From Takakia lepidozioides (lineage: Eukaryota; Plantae; Bryophyta), in assembly GCA_030704615.1 (NCBI GenBank), contig CM060731.1:55738001-55802000 (forward strand): a DNA stretch of 64,000 bases. The letters are read 5' to 3'. Each line of letters starts with the position of its first letter. Position 1 is the stretch's first letter. Positions 13,424-25,400 of the stretch are shown piece by piece. The notes below the pieces were generated by a model. It was given only the letters and a program-made list of their open reading frames with translations, was not told where the DNA came from and ran no database searches. Position numbers and translations under genes: made by a program.

Positions 13424-15088
13424 CCTTTTCTCGTCTGTTTCTCTATCTCTGTCTATGTCTACAGGCTCCTTACTTCTTCACATACAGCCCATCTATCACG
13501 TAATGCAAATGCACACTCCGCCAGGCATCCAGTGCAGCCAGCCATGAAGTCATCCTTGGTCTCACAAGGCAAAACCATCCCTTTCATCAGTCTCTCTATC
13601 TCTCTCTCTCTCTCTTCTCTCCGTCAATACTCAACCCTTCACACTACCCCTTTCTTTTAAAAGATCCCATTTCCCAAAACAGCTCTCATCCCTTCTTCAG
13701 ATTCAACCTGAATACCCAACATCTCTCTTTTCCTTTCAACAAAAGGGCTTAAGTCGTTCATATCCTGATACAATGCTGAAATCACACCTTATCCCTTTTG
13801 TGTTTTCATACAGTTCCAGCTAACCCTCAGTTATCTCTCCAAGCAAACAAGCTATATCTACATTGGGTCCAGTGTATCACTACCCCCCCCCGCAGCATTG
13901 TGTGCAGGTTTACAACACTGAAACAAGAACAAGAATGAAGACAACAGTGACCATTCTGTTTTCTGTGACAACAGTCTCTCTCTCTCTCTCTTCACTCATT
14001 TTTCTTACTGACACTACGACGGCAGGTGTATCCATTCCTTCCATGTTCTGGTTTGAAGTCCAGAGTCTCCATTCCATTTCCAAAAACCTTTCCTCTATCA
14101 CATGTCTCCACCCTTTCCTTTCAACAACCAGGGCAGTCCTAAATCTACCAAAAGCGATTTCTAAGTCCAACCCAAAGAAGAAGCCCACAGTCTACCAACT
14201 TATCTGTTTTTATCCTCCAGTGAAGCGGTGGGTCAGCCTGCCGAGATGGCACCTCACCATCGCCTGTCAGCAGCCACCACAACCTTTTCTCCTTGTCTTG
14301 ATTCCAGAGTTTATCATGCCATGATGTCTCCTCATCATCCTATGGAGCATCCTGTGGTTTGCCAACTAAATTGCTCTATTCTTCTATGCATGTAGCTCTT
14401 TAAGAACTGAAATGGACCTATAGCAAGAAGACAAAAAGGCAGCTAGAAGCCTGATTACAGATAACCTGTGTTGCCATCCAGCCAGCACTCCACATGCCTT
14501 ATCACCTCCATTGATTGTGCTCAGATTCTCTTCCTTGTGCTTCTGGCAGGTGGCCGTTCTCCTTGCTTGCTCATCTGCCCATAACTGTCATCTTCAAGAC
14601 AGTGGCGGCAGCGGTGGTGCGCCGCTCTCCTTACATGCTCCTATCTCCATGAATTGATCATCACAACGAGAAAGACGGCACCGCTTCCCTTTACACAGAA
14701 TACCAAGCAGAGGCACTTAATGCTGCCCTCTAAACCAAGCGAAGTCCCACAGCGCAGGTACAACCTCTCAACACAGACTGCCCTGTCAACACCACAGCTC
14801 GCGGCAGCTGCTACGAATCGCCCGTCACCTTCCTCTTCGTTCTTCCTTCCTCGCGGATTTTAGGTTGAGCATCAATGACGAAAACGTTCATCGCATGGAT
14901 GAAAAATGCATGGTCACGACTTAGCCATTTTTATTTTGGCAACGCATGAGTACAGTATGCCCACAAAATTACCTGTATGGAGGGATATATCCCTCTTGCA
15001 GTTGGTATGAGGGCCCTCCCATTATAGTGATGCAGGGTCTTAACGGTGAAGCCAAAATGTAATGTCACTCCCCTGCATTCACACTACA
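12826..15088 (-). repeat. 3' LTR
   Basis: Direct repeat of 18460-20696. Contains (CT)n microsatellites. Ends TGTAGTGTG..CACACTACA. Confidence 0.95.
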
Positions 15089-15099
15089 TATGTAGTGTG

Positions 15100-15110
15100 T
15101 CTCCCTTTTT
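15100..15110 (-). other. Polypurine tract (AAAAAGGGAGA)
   Basis: Purine run on the minus strand 11 nt upstream of the 3' LTR, separated from it by CACACTACATA. Confidence 0.7.
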
Positions 15111-18100
15111 AAGTGTCAGGGTCCTCACTGACCACCTTCACTGGCTGACCACCCACTGGTGGTATGAATGGTTTCAAATCTCGCCTACTTCTTACCCATT
15201 CCTTGTTTGCCCCATCTCTTAGCCTGCATTTGCGTGCAGCTTCCCTTCCAGGATCATAAGGTACTCCCAACAGGTACATTGTGTTAATTCCCCTTCTGTT
15301 TCTGCTCCAGATATCTTGGAGAGGTCCGTTCATAATATTGTTTTTGATTGTCATGCCTTGGCCTTCAGCAAAGGGAAACCCCTCTCTGCTCATAATCTTC
15401 ATGGCCACTTCTGTCTGGCTGGTGCGAGCAGGGTTGTTCTCAAACTGACACCACCACCTGGTTTCCATGCAACTCATCATGCCAATTTCATGGCCTTCTT
15501 CCCTGGCCACAGTTTTCGTGCTCCATCCCTGAGCTTGCATCGTCGTCCAGCCTCTCTTATTTAAGTGACAGTGTCCCGGCTGTCCATTTGTTCCGCCGGC
15601 CAGAGCAAGTCCAATTTGTGACAATGCCTTCTTCTTCTTGTAGTTCATGCCAGGCAGGTCCTGATCTCCTTCCCATACAAACCAGCGTTTCCCAATTTTG
15701 ATGTTGCTCCCTGGCTCCTTGTTTTGAATCTCAGCTACCACTTGTGCTCCCATCGACACTTGCACCTTTCGTACTGCCTCATTTCCTGCATGCAGGTTGT
15801 CCTCAACAGCAGGCTGCAATTTCATTTGCATTGTTGGTGGCAAGTCATGGGCAACCCTTTGGTTACCATGCCTTCCTTCTTCCCTTTCAACCAGCCTGCC
15901 CTCTTTAAGAGATTCAGGGCTGGTGTATGCCTTGCAAGTAGAAGTGATCGTGACATGGGTAGGCTTCATAGCCTCCCACATCAACTGCCCATCCATCTCC
16001 TGAGCCTGAATTTCACAACCATGCTGGGCATATCCTGAAATCATTGCACTCCATGAGAGCAGATTGGGTGGCATACCTTCCTGCTCCATTTGTTCAAACA
16101 GTTGCCGGGTCTGTGCTTCAGAGCCATGCTGGGCATAACCTGCAATCATTACTCTCCATGGCCCCACTTTTCTGTGAGACATATTGTCACACACATGTTG
16201 TGCATTCATGCTCCCACGTTTGGCATACCTGTCAACAATGGCAGTCTCCATAATGATATCTGGTGCAATACCAGATTTGATACTGTCACCATGGACCTCT
16301 TCGCCTTTTACCCGGTCTGCCAGGTTCGCACATGCATTCAACACACACAGGAACGTCACCTGTTTGGGCTTCTCTTCTTCATCTCCAGCATCTGCCATGA
16401 GCTGCCTCCCATACAAGACATGCAGCTCCTTCACTTTAATGCTTGAGCTTGCACTGAGCATTCTCAGATGTCCTCGTGTACCCGGATCCCATACCCTTTG
16501 TTGGGCATAGTTCATTGGCTGACCTCTGAACGTTATCAGGTCAACCAGGGTCTTCTCAGCAGAAAGGCCAACCTTCTCTTTCTGATCCCTATGCATCCTC
16601 TCCATCCCAAGATGCATCTCTCTAAGAGAGTCAAACTTTGCTGCTAGTTTCCCCATTTTCCACAACAAGAGTGTTGAACCGTGAGAAGATTTCAAATCTT
16701 TCTTGTGAACGGTACTCAAATCTCCCATCCTTTGTTTTGTGGGTGGGAATTCAAGTTTCCTTGTATCAACATCTACAGTTTCAAGGGCTGGAGAGACACT
16801 CTGGCTTTTGGCACGAACTGGTGATTTCAGCGGACTCACATCTGATCCCAAGTTGTCATGCAAGCTGATGTCTCTTGTGCACTCAACCAACATCCACTTA
16901 GACATACCATCTTCCTTGTCATCCTTCTCATGTGCTATATTGGGCGTATGTCCTCCTTTACTTGAGTGTTCCGAACTCCTTTTGTATTCAGGTTCATTGT
17001 CCTCCTTTGTCTTGCATTGCGCACATCTCACTCCTCCCATTCCCAATTGGTGTCCACATGTGTGTCTTTCTTTACACTCCATATGACCCTTCTTGGATGA
17101 ACAAAAGGCAGTGACCTGCCCATCTACATAGCATTGGTCGTGCAACTGAAACTTCCTACTTCTGAACTCTTCTTCACTCAATAAATTTTGACCACACAAC
17201 CCTTGCACGTTGTCGTTGATGACATCAAGATTTCTGTATATTGGTGTGGTGGCGGTATCATGATCAAGACAATCATCCCTTGCTTCTAACTCTTGCTTGG
17301 TTCCACATTTTTTCCGCATGTCTTGCTCTATCTCCAACTGTGCATCCTTTATGTCTGATTCCAGGGGTGCATCTTGATCCAGACCCTTTCTCGTTTGAGC
17401 GAGCAATGTACACTCTTCCTCTACCCATCCCATCAGATCTGCCCAAGACTCCTTGTCATCTTCGTCTCTCAAGACACTCACTTCACAGGTTGTACCACTA
17501 ATCCTTGGTGAGTTGGCAACACTATGCCCATACTCCCCAAGCATGTCTTGATCTACATGTGCCTTTGTAGAAGACCTTAGGATCTGCACAGGAACTTGCA
17601 ACCTCGGTGCACTCTCTTCATTGACACCTGATTGACTCTCTGTTGAACAAAAGATATCTTCCAAGATCTCTTCTTCCACATCACAAAACACATTCACAAC
17701 GTTTGTGCCAAGAGAGCTTACACATTCGAATTCCATCCTTCTGCTGCTCTTCGACTCCCATTGTTCCAACATTTCACAGCCTGAATCTTGCATTCCACAT
17801 GTTCCCATTTGCAGCCCCAGCCGGTGATTCTTTTCACTTCGGATCTGATTCTGTCTTGATGGACATGCAGTGCAACACTCTACTTGCTGCCTTGTTTTGT
17901 TCAAGTTGAGAACTCGAGGAAGCATTGCAGGGACTTCACTGGTGTGGTTCTTCTCCCTAAAGCACCTCCGTGACATTGTTTTGTGATCTGGTATAGGTTT
18001 ATGATCAATAGAACTCACAGGTGTGAACCTGTTGTGCTTATCCTTCTCAATCAGAGATAATTTCTCTTCCATCCCTGTAACAGACTCTTCCACATTGGTA

Positions 18101-18390
18101 TCTATCTCATCAAACTTCCTTGCTAACATCACTTCATTCTTACTTGATTGATCTTCTCCTCCAAATTTCAAGATTATGGCTACTTGAAAATCATGCCAGT
18201 TCATGGACCTTGGTTTTTGCATTCGATGCCAAGTGTCAGCCCGTGCCTTGAGATTCAGCCTTGCCGATATAAATAACTTGTGCTCGTCAAAGCTCCTCCT
18301 CTCACCATCCCTTTTCAGATTCTGGATCCAGCTGCAAACATCCTCATCCTTCTTTCCGTAAAATGGAATGTTAGTCACCATTGCTCGCAA
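15109..18390 (-). CDS. 1093-aa Gag-like/PPR chimeric protein
   Basis: N-terminal retrotransposon-gag-like segment (FYGKKDEDVCSWI..LKARADTW..WHDFQVAIILKF). PLS-class PPR motifs at about aa 680-830 (VTFLCVLNACA, MIAGYAQHG, WSAMISGYAQHG). Uninterrupted ORF. Confidence 0.8.
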   Translation of the reverse strand: MRAMVTNIPFYGKKDEDVCSWIQNLKRDGERRSFDEHKLFISARLNLKARADTWHRMQKPRSMNWHDFQVAIILKFGGEDQSSKNEVMLARKFDEIDTNVEESVTGMEEKLSLIEKDKHNRFTPVSSIDHKPIPDHKTMSRRCFREKNHTSEVPAMLPRVLNLNKTRQQVECCTACPSRQNQIRSEKNHRLGLQMGTCGMQDSGCEMLEQWESKSSRRMEFECVSSLGTNVVNVFCDVEEEILEDIFCSTESQSGVNEESAPRLQVPVQILRSSTKAHVDQDMLGEYGHSVANSPRISGTTCEVSVLRDEDDKESWADLMGWVEEECTLLAQTRKGLDQDAPLESDIKDAQLEIEQDMRKKCGTKQELEARDDCLDHDTATTPIYRNLDVINDNVQGLCGQNLLSEEEFRSRKFQLHDQCYVDGQVTAFCSSKKGHMECKERHTCGHQLGMGGVRCAQCKTKEDNEPEYKRSSEHSSKGGHTPNIAHEKDDKEDGMSKWMLVECTRDISLHDNLGSDVSPLKSPVRAKSQSVSPALETVDVDTRKLEFPPTKQRMGDLSTVHKKDLKSSHGSTLLLWKMGKLAAKFDSLREMHLGMERMHRDQKEKVGLSAEKTLVDLITFRGQPMNYAQQRVWDPGTRGHLRMLSASSSIKVKELHVLYGRQLMADAGDEEEKPKQVTFLCVLNACANLADRVKGEEVHGDSIKSGIAPDIIMETAIVDRYAKRGSMNAQHVCDNMSHRKVGPWRVMIAGYAQHGSEAQTRQLFEQMEQEGMPPNLLSWSAMISGYAQHGCEIQAQEMDGQLMWEAMKPTHVTITSTCKAYTSPESLKEGRLVEREEGRHGNQRVAHDLPPTMQMKLQPAVEDNLHAGNEAVRKVQVSMGAQVVAEIQNKEPGSNIKIGKRWFVWEGDQDLPGMNYKKKKALSQIGLALAGGTNGQPGHCHLNKRGWTTMQAQGWSTKTVAREEGHEIGMMSCMETRWWCQFENNPARTSQTEVAMKIMSREGFPFAEGQGMTIKNNIMNGPLQDIWSRNRRGINTMYLLGVPYDPGREAARKCRLRDGANKEWVRSRRDLKPFIPPVGGQPVKVVSEDPDT

Positions 18391-18447
18391 ATCACTCTCC
18401 TATCTTGCTACACTAAATCCTACATTTCCCGGATCAAAGACCGGCCT

Positions 18448-18459
18448 GCTCTGATACCA
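18448..18459 (-). other. Primer-binding site, tRNA-iMet (TGGTATCAGAGC)
   Basis: Canonical plant iMet PBS immediately internal to the 5' LTR. Confidence 0.92.
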
Positions 18460-18990
18460 AAAGAAGGGGCGTGAATCCCCTTCTGGTTAATCCTAAATCT
18501 GTACTCCTCCTACTCGTCCCTGTTGAAGTATCAGGGCAAAGGAAAGGAGCGTTCTCTTTTCTGTCCAACCATCGTCATGAGGCTATATGGGTTTTTCCTT
18601 CAGGTTCGTTCGTGATCAGAGTTTGCGGAATCCTCATCCACGCCGCAGCGGAAGAGAAGACATGGATGGGAGTCTTTGGTTTGTTCTTGCCCTCGGTTCT
18701 ACTTCTATGCAACAGCCTGGCCCTATGCTCACTGCGCCAACAGTGTTGGCGTGATCTTTTATGTGATGCAAGCAGCCCAATGGCAGCGGTGAATACGACC
18801 CTTAATGTGAACCCCCTTGAGCAGTGACATGTCGGAAATCCCTTTTTGTAATGGTGACACAGATTTAGAGGGAGACAGCTCAGATCTTCATAAACTGCAG
18901 GGGCACTGGTTTTCCTTCAGGATTCATGCTTTCTTCATCTCAATCTCCCCAAGTTGGCCATCCCCCCATCAACCCTTTTTGCTGAGCAGC

Positions 18991-19032
<42 letters not shown>

Positions 19033-20696
19033 CCTTTTCTCGTCTGTTTCTCTATCTCTGTCTATGTCTACAGGCTCCTTACTTCTTCACATACAGCCCA
19101 TCTATCACGTAATGCAAATGCACACTCCGCCAGGCATCCAGTGCAGCCAGCCATGAAGTCATCCTTGGTCTCACAAGGCAAAACCATCCCTTTCATCAGT
19201 CTCTCTATCTCTCTCTCTCTCTCTTCTCTCCGTCAATACTCAACCCTTCACACTACCCCTTTCTTTTAAAAGATCCCATTTCCCAAAACAGCTCTCATCC
19301 CTTCTTCAGATTCAACCTGAATACCCAACATCTCTCTTTTCCTTTCAACAAAAGGGCTTAAGTCGTTCATATCCTGATACAATGCTGAAATCACACCTTA
19401 TCCCTTTTGTGTTTTCATACAGTTCCAGCTAACCCTCAGTTATCTCTCCAAGCAAACAAGCTATATCTACATTGGGTCCAGTGTATCACTACCCCCCCCG
19501 CAGCATTGTGTGCAGGTTTACAACACTGAAACAAGAACAAGAATGAAGACAACAGTGACCATTCTGTTTTCTGTGACAACAGTCTCTCTCTCTCTCTCTT
19601 CACTCATTTTTCTTACTGACACTACGACGGCAGGTGTATCCATTCCTTCCATGTTCTGGTTTGAAGTCCAGAGTCTCCATTCCATTTCCAAAAACCTTTC
19701 CTCTATCACATGTCTCCACCCTTTCCTTTCAACAACCAGGGCAGTCCTAAATCTACCAAAAGCGATTTCTAAGTCCAACCCAAAGAAGAAGCCCACAGTC
19801 TACCAACTTATCTGTTTTTATCCTCCAGTGAAGCGGTGGGTCAGCCTGCCGAGATGGCACCTCACCATCGCCTGTCAGCAGCCACCACAACCTTTTCTCC
19901 TTGTCTTGATTCCAGAGTTTATCATGCCATGATGTCTCCTCATCATCCTATGGAGCATCCTGTGGTTTGCCAACTAAATTGCTCTATTCTTCTATGCATG
20001 TAGCTCTTTAAGAACTGAAATGGACCTATAGCAAGAAGACAAAAAGGCAGCTAGAAGCCTGATTACAGATAACCTGTGTTGCCATCCAGCCAGCACTCCA
20101 CATGCCTTATCACCTCCATTGATTGTGCTCAGATTCTCTTCCTTGTGCTTCTGGCAGGTGGCCGTTCTCCTTGCTTGCTCATCTGCCCATAACTGTCATC
20201 TTCAAGACAGTGGCGGCAGCGGTGGTGCGCCGCTCTCCTTACATGCTCCTATCTCCATGAATTGATCATCACAACGAGAAAGACGGCACCGCTTCCCTTT
20301 ACACAGAATACCAAGCAGAGGCACTTAATGCTGCCCTCTAAACCAAGCGAAGTCCCACAGCGCAGGTACAACCTCTCAACACAGACTGCCCTGTCAACAC
20401 CACAGCTCGCGGCAGCTGCTACGAATCGCCCGTCACCTTCCTCTTCGTTCTTCCTTCCTCGCGGATTTTAGGTTGAGCATCAATGACGAAAACGTTCATC
20501 GCATGGATGAAAAATGCATGGTCACGACTTAGCCATTTTTATTTTGGCAACGCATGAGTACAGTATGCCCACAAAATTACCTGTATGGAGGGATATATCC
20601 CTCTTGCAGTTGGTATGAGGGCCCTCCCATTATAGTGATGCAGGGTCTTAACGGTGAAGCCAAAATGTAATGTCACTCCCCTGCATTCACACTACA
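18460..20696 (-). repeat. 5' LTR (lacks the terminal CACACTACA)
   Basis: Direct repeat of 12836-15088. Confidence 0.95.
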
Positions 20697-22485
20697 GATG
20701 TCCGTCATGTTTCTTGTCCATGCCCTGCAGAAGCCCAGCCAGTCCACTGGAAGACGTGGGAGGGTTGAGCTCAAACAAGATGTCCCCATCAAACTGAGCT
20801 GGCACGTATTGAACCCGTTGCACTGGAATGGACTCCCAATCAACAAAACGTAGCTCGCTCTTGCACCCAGGCACACCTGCGAGGGCTTTCAATTTTGGAA
20901 TGACACTTGTTATCTCTTGCAATTCGTCATCATCCAATAAGGGAGTTTGCACTGGCGGAGGAATCTCAGAAACATCCTCCGAGGACGAGTCCGAAAGAGT
21001 AACGAAGGTAGTGGATGTGCTCACCTCTTGTTTCACAGGAACTGTGCCCTTCTGTTGCACGACCGATGCTGCAGTGCCAGGGGTAACGACTGATCCTGCT
21101 GATTGTCTTCTCTCTTTTCCAAGGACACGTATGTTCCTGGAAGGACTCTCCACTTCCTTCCACACTCGCCAACCAAGGTTTCTCCAAGTGCCCAGAATCC
21201 AAATTCCCATCCTCGTCATACAACCTCTTTCTGAACAAGCAGAGAACCAACTCCAGCGGGAACACTGTAACCAGCTCATCCTCATGAACAACTGCATACC
21301 CATCGTCGTCTGCAGTGGCAGTCAGTGAAGAGTACCTGCATTGGAATGGAATCGAGCGAGTGCATCTCGCTCCCTCGACATGTTTCCAGCACTGAACGAA
21401 ACTGCGATTCAGAACGGAATCCCCGAATGAGAGCCCGTAATTATCGAAAGTGGAAATACCACCAGCAAACTGAGGTCAACAAGGGTAGCACCAAACCAAA
21501 GGCTGCCGGCGATGCATGCCAAGGATGTAGGGATGACGTGCACCTTCACCTCCCACCAACCAGAAAAAAACCGTTTTGAAGACCAGAGCCACAAGAAGCC
21601 GTACTGTTTTTGGGATGGAAAACAAACCCTGAAAATGACATGAAACAATCCATTATGAAATGACGGCATCAACCCTGGAGAGCAGTAAACAGGAAGATCC
21701 GATTGTAATGAGATTGTGTTGCGCCAGAATAGCACAGAAACAAACACCGACACTCCAAGAGATACCTCGCACGAATGTGTGCAACACATGGTCATATCCG
21801 ACACAATCCTTTATACCGAATGACCCCATGGGGACGGTCACGGCATAAAAAAAAACCACAGGGCATGCAGTACAACACACGTGGATGCATATGTGAAGCA
21901 TAACAATTATTGCGAATCTGGAAGAACTGCTCGGAATTGAAAAAGCACTACATTTCTACGGCGCATTCGAATTTGAAAGAAGGCAAGGAGGCCGCCATGT
22001 ATTGGCAGGCGGCGAAAGTACATCTGACATATATCGCAAATGCATGCAACGGATGTTCTTTTCTTCGGCGCTTTATTAGCTGGGCAATACAAAGACGACA
22101 AAATGGATGAATTCCGTTCGCACAAATATCAACACCCGCATCCAAATACGGTTGACAACGTCCATTTTTATTTTTGTTACATGCGATACCAGCACTTGTT
22201 GCAAACGTCAAACTGGAGAGCTCCAGGGGCATCGTGGGGAGCCCTTGTTTCCAGCGGAGGAGAAAGAGAAGGAAGTCATTATACTTCACGAGTTCTAGAA
22301 ACAGGAATAGAGCTATAGATATAGAATGAGGATGGAAAGAGTGGAGAAGAGGAAAAGGAGGAAAGAAGAGGGAATACAGGAAAGTGTGGCGATGGAGGAG
22401 CAGGAATCTGGAGAGAAGAACAACAACCCACCATAGTTCCAGGAACAGGCGAGGAGGAACTGCGTCTGAGGGAGAGACAGACGAC

Positions 22486-25400
22486 ATGGAGGAAGATGTT
22501 GACACTGGCCTCACGAACGATCTGACCACGGAAAGAGGAAAGGGGGAGAGGCTCACCTACATAGTCGGCGAAGAGAGCAGCCCGAAGCGGAAAGGGTCCC
22601 CGGCAACTGGGGAGTCTTCTCGAGTAGCTAGGAAAAAGGTAAATCTACAGGACCCATATTTGTGAAGAATTCGGCTTTCAATGGCAGGTATTTGTGAAAG
22701 AAAGAACCATTCAGCGGCAGCTCAACACTGTGCGTTGCCGCACACTGTTTGAGCTGCACATGTCACTGTTTAAGGGTGCAAAATTCTTCCTCAACGACAC
22801 CTTTTGAGGATTGAAATGAACCCCGCACTGCCAGCTCAAACAGTGTGCGGCAACGCACACTGTTTGAGCAGATCTTTTCAATGTTGTAGGGTGCAAAATT
22901 TGGCCTTGGAGTCAGTTATCTGCAGGTGAAATGAACCCTTCCCAGCCAGCCCAAACAGTGTGTGCGGGGCCGCACACTATTGAGCTGAACATTTCATGTT
23001 TCTGGGTGCAAAATTTGGACTTCAGGGGCACCATTCTGAGGATGGAATGAACCCTGCACTGCCAGCTCAAACAGTGTGCGGCAACGCACACTGTTTGAGC
23101 TGAACATTTCAATGTTTAAGGGTGCAAAATTTGGACTTCATGGGTACCTTTCTGAGGATGGAGTGAACCCTGCAATGCCAGCTCAAACAGTGTGCGGCAA
23201 CGCACACTGTTTGAGCTGAACATTTCAATGTTTAAGGGTGCAAAATTTGGACTTCATGGGTACCTTTCTGAGGATGGAATGAACCCTGCACTGCCAGCTC
23301 AAACAGTGTGCGGCAACGCACACTGTTTGAGCTGAACATTTCAATGTTTCAGGGTGGAAAATTTGAACTCCAGGGGCACCTATCTGAGGATGAAATGAAC
23401 CCTACACTGTCAGCTTAAACAGTGTGCGGCAACGCATACTGTTTGAGCTGAACACTTCAATGTTTCAGGGTGCAAAATTTGGACTTCAGGGGCACCAGTT
23501 TGAGGATGAAATGAACCCTTCAATGTCAGCCCAAACAGTGTGCGGCAACGCACACTGTTTGAGCTGAACACTTCAATGTTTCAGGGTGCAAAATTTGGAC
23601 TTCAGAGGCACCTCTCTGAGGATGAGATGAACCCTTCACTGTCAGCCCAAACAGTGTGCGGCAACGCACACTGTTCGAGCTGAACATTTCAATGTTTCTG
23701 GGTGCAAAATTTGGTCTTCAGGGGCACCTGTTTGAGGATGAAATGAACCCTTCACTGTCAGCCCAAACAGTGTGCGGCAACGCACACTGTTTGAGCTGAG
23801 CATTTCAATGTTTCTGGGTGCAAAATTTGGACTTCAGGGGCACCTGTGTGAGGGTGAAATGAACCCTTCACTGCCAGCTCAGACAGTGTGCGGCAACGCA
23901 CACTGTTTGAGCTGAGCATTTCAATGTTTCTGGGTGCAAAATTTGGACTTCAGGGGCACCTGTGTGAGGGTGAAATGAACCCTTCACTGCCAGCTCAGAC
24001 AGTGTGCGGCAACGCACACTGTTTGAGCTGAGCATTTCAATGTTTCTGGGTGCAAAATTTGGACTTCAGGGGCACCTGTGTGAGGGTGAAATGAACCCTT
24101 CACTGCCAGCTCAGACAGTGTGCGGCAACGCACACTGTTTGAGCTGACCACTTCAATGTTTCAGGGTGCAAAATTTGGACTTCAGAGGCACCTCTCTGAG
24201 GATGAGATGAACCCTTCACTGTCAGCCCAAACAGTGTGCGGCAACGCACACTGTTCGAGTTGAACATTTCAATGTTTCTGTGTGCAAAATTTGGTCTTCA
24301 GGGGCACCTGTTTGAGGATGAAATGAACCCTTCACTGTCAGCCCAAACAGTGTGCGGCAACGCACACTGTTTGAGCTGAACATTTCAATGTTATAGGGTG
24401 CAAAATTTGGTCTTCAGGGGCACCTGTTTGAGGATGAAATGAACCCTTCACTGTCAGCCCAAACAGTGTGCGGCAACGCACACTGTTTGAGCTGAGCACT
24501 TCAATGTTTCTTGGTGCAAAATTTGGACTTCAGGGGCACCTATCTCAGGATGGGATGAACACTGTGCTGCCAGCTCAAACAGTGTGCGGCAACGCACACT
24601 GTTTGAGCTGAGCATTTCAATGTTTTAGGGTGCAAAATTTGGTCTTGATGTCTATTATGTGAGGGTGAAATGAACCCTTCACTGCCAGCTCAGACAGTGT
24701 GCGGCAACGCACACTGTTTGAGCTGAGCATTTCAATGTTTCTGGGTGCAAAATTTGGACTTCAGGGGCACCTGTGTGAGGGTGAAATGAACCCTTCACTG
24801 CCAGCTCAGACAGTGTGCGGCAACGCACACTGTTTGAGCTGAGCATTTCAATGTTTCTGGGTGCAAAATTTGGACTTCAGGGGCACCTGTGTGAGGGTGA
24901 AATGAACCCTTCACTGCCAGCTCAGACAGTGTGCGGCAACGCACACTGTTTGAGCTGACCACTTCAATGTTTCAGGGTGCAAAATTTGGACTTCAGAGGC
25001 ACCTCTCTGAGGATGAGATGAACCCTTCACTGCCAGCTCAGACAGTGTGCGGCAACGCACACTGTTTGAGCTGAGCCTTTCAATGTTTCTGGGTGCAAAA
25101 TTTGGACTTCAGGGGCACCTGTGTGAGGGTGAAATGAACCCTTCACTGCCAGCTCAGACAGTGTGCGGCAACGCACACTGTTTGAGCTGAGCATTTCAAT
25201 GTTTCTGGGTGCAAAATTTGGACTTCAGGGGCACCTGTGTGAGGGTGAAATGAACCCTTCACTGCCAGCTCAGACAGTGTGCGGCAACGCACACTGTTTG
25301 AGCTGAGCATTTCAATGTTTCTGGGTGCAAAATTTGGACTTCAGGGGCACCTGTGTGAGGGTGAAATGAACCCTCACTGCCAGCTCAGACAGTGTGCGGC

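Larger units (their letters stand above)
12826..20696 (-). mobile_element. Non-autonomous LTR retrotransposon with Gag-PPR ORF
   Basis: TG..CA ends, near-identical ~2.25-kb LTRs, 4-bp TSD GATG (12822-12825 and 20697-20700), PBS and PPT. No RT, RNase H or integrase motifs seen. Confidence 0.93.
9938..21303 (-). pseudogene. GCM-like + MULE DDE + SWIM transposase (family B), split by LTR insertion
   Basis: Segments 21303-20697 and 12825-11490, intron, then 11352-9938. Excising 12826-20700 rejoins MDKKHDGH-PWCRTKTS. Motifs WLMFDH, FMADSAQA, CLFH, NLAETVH; SWIM CTCPDF..VPCKH. Confidence 0.9.
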
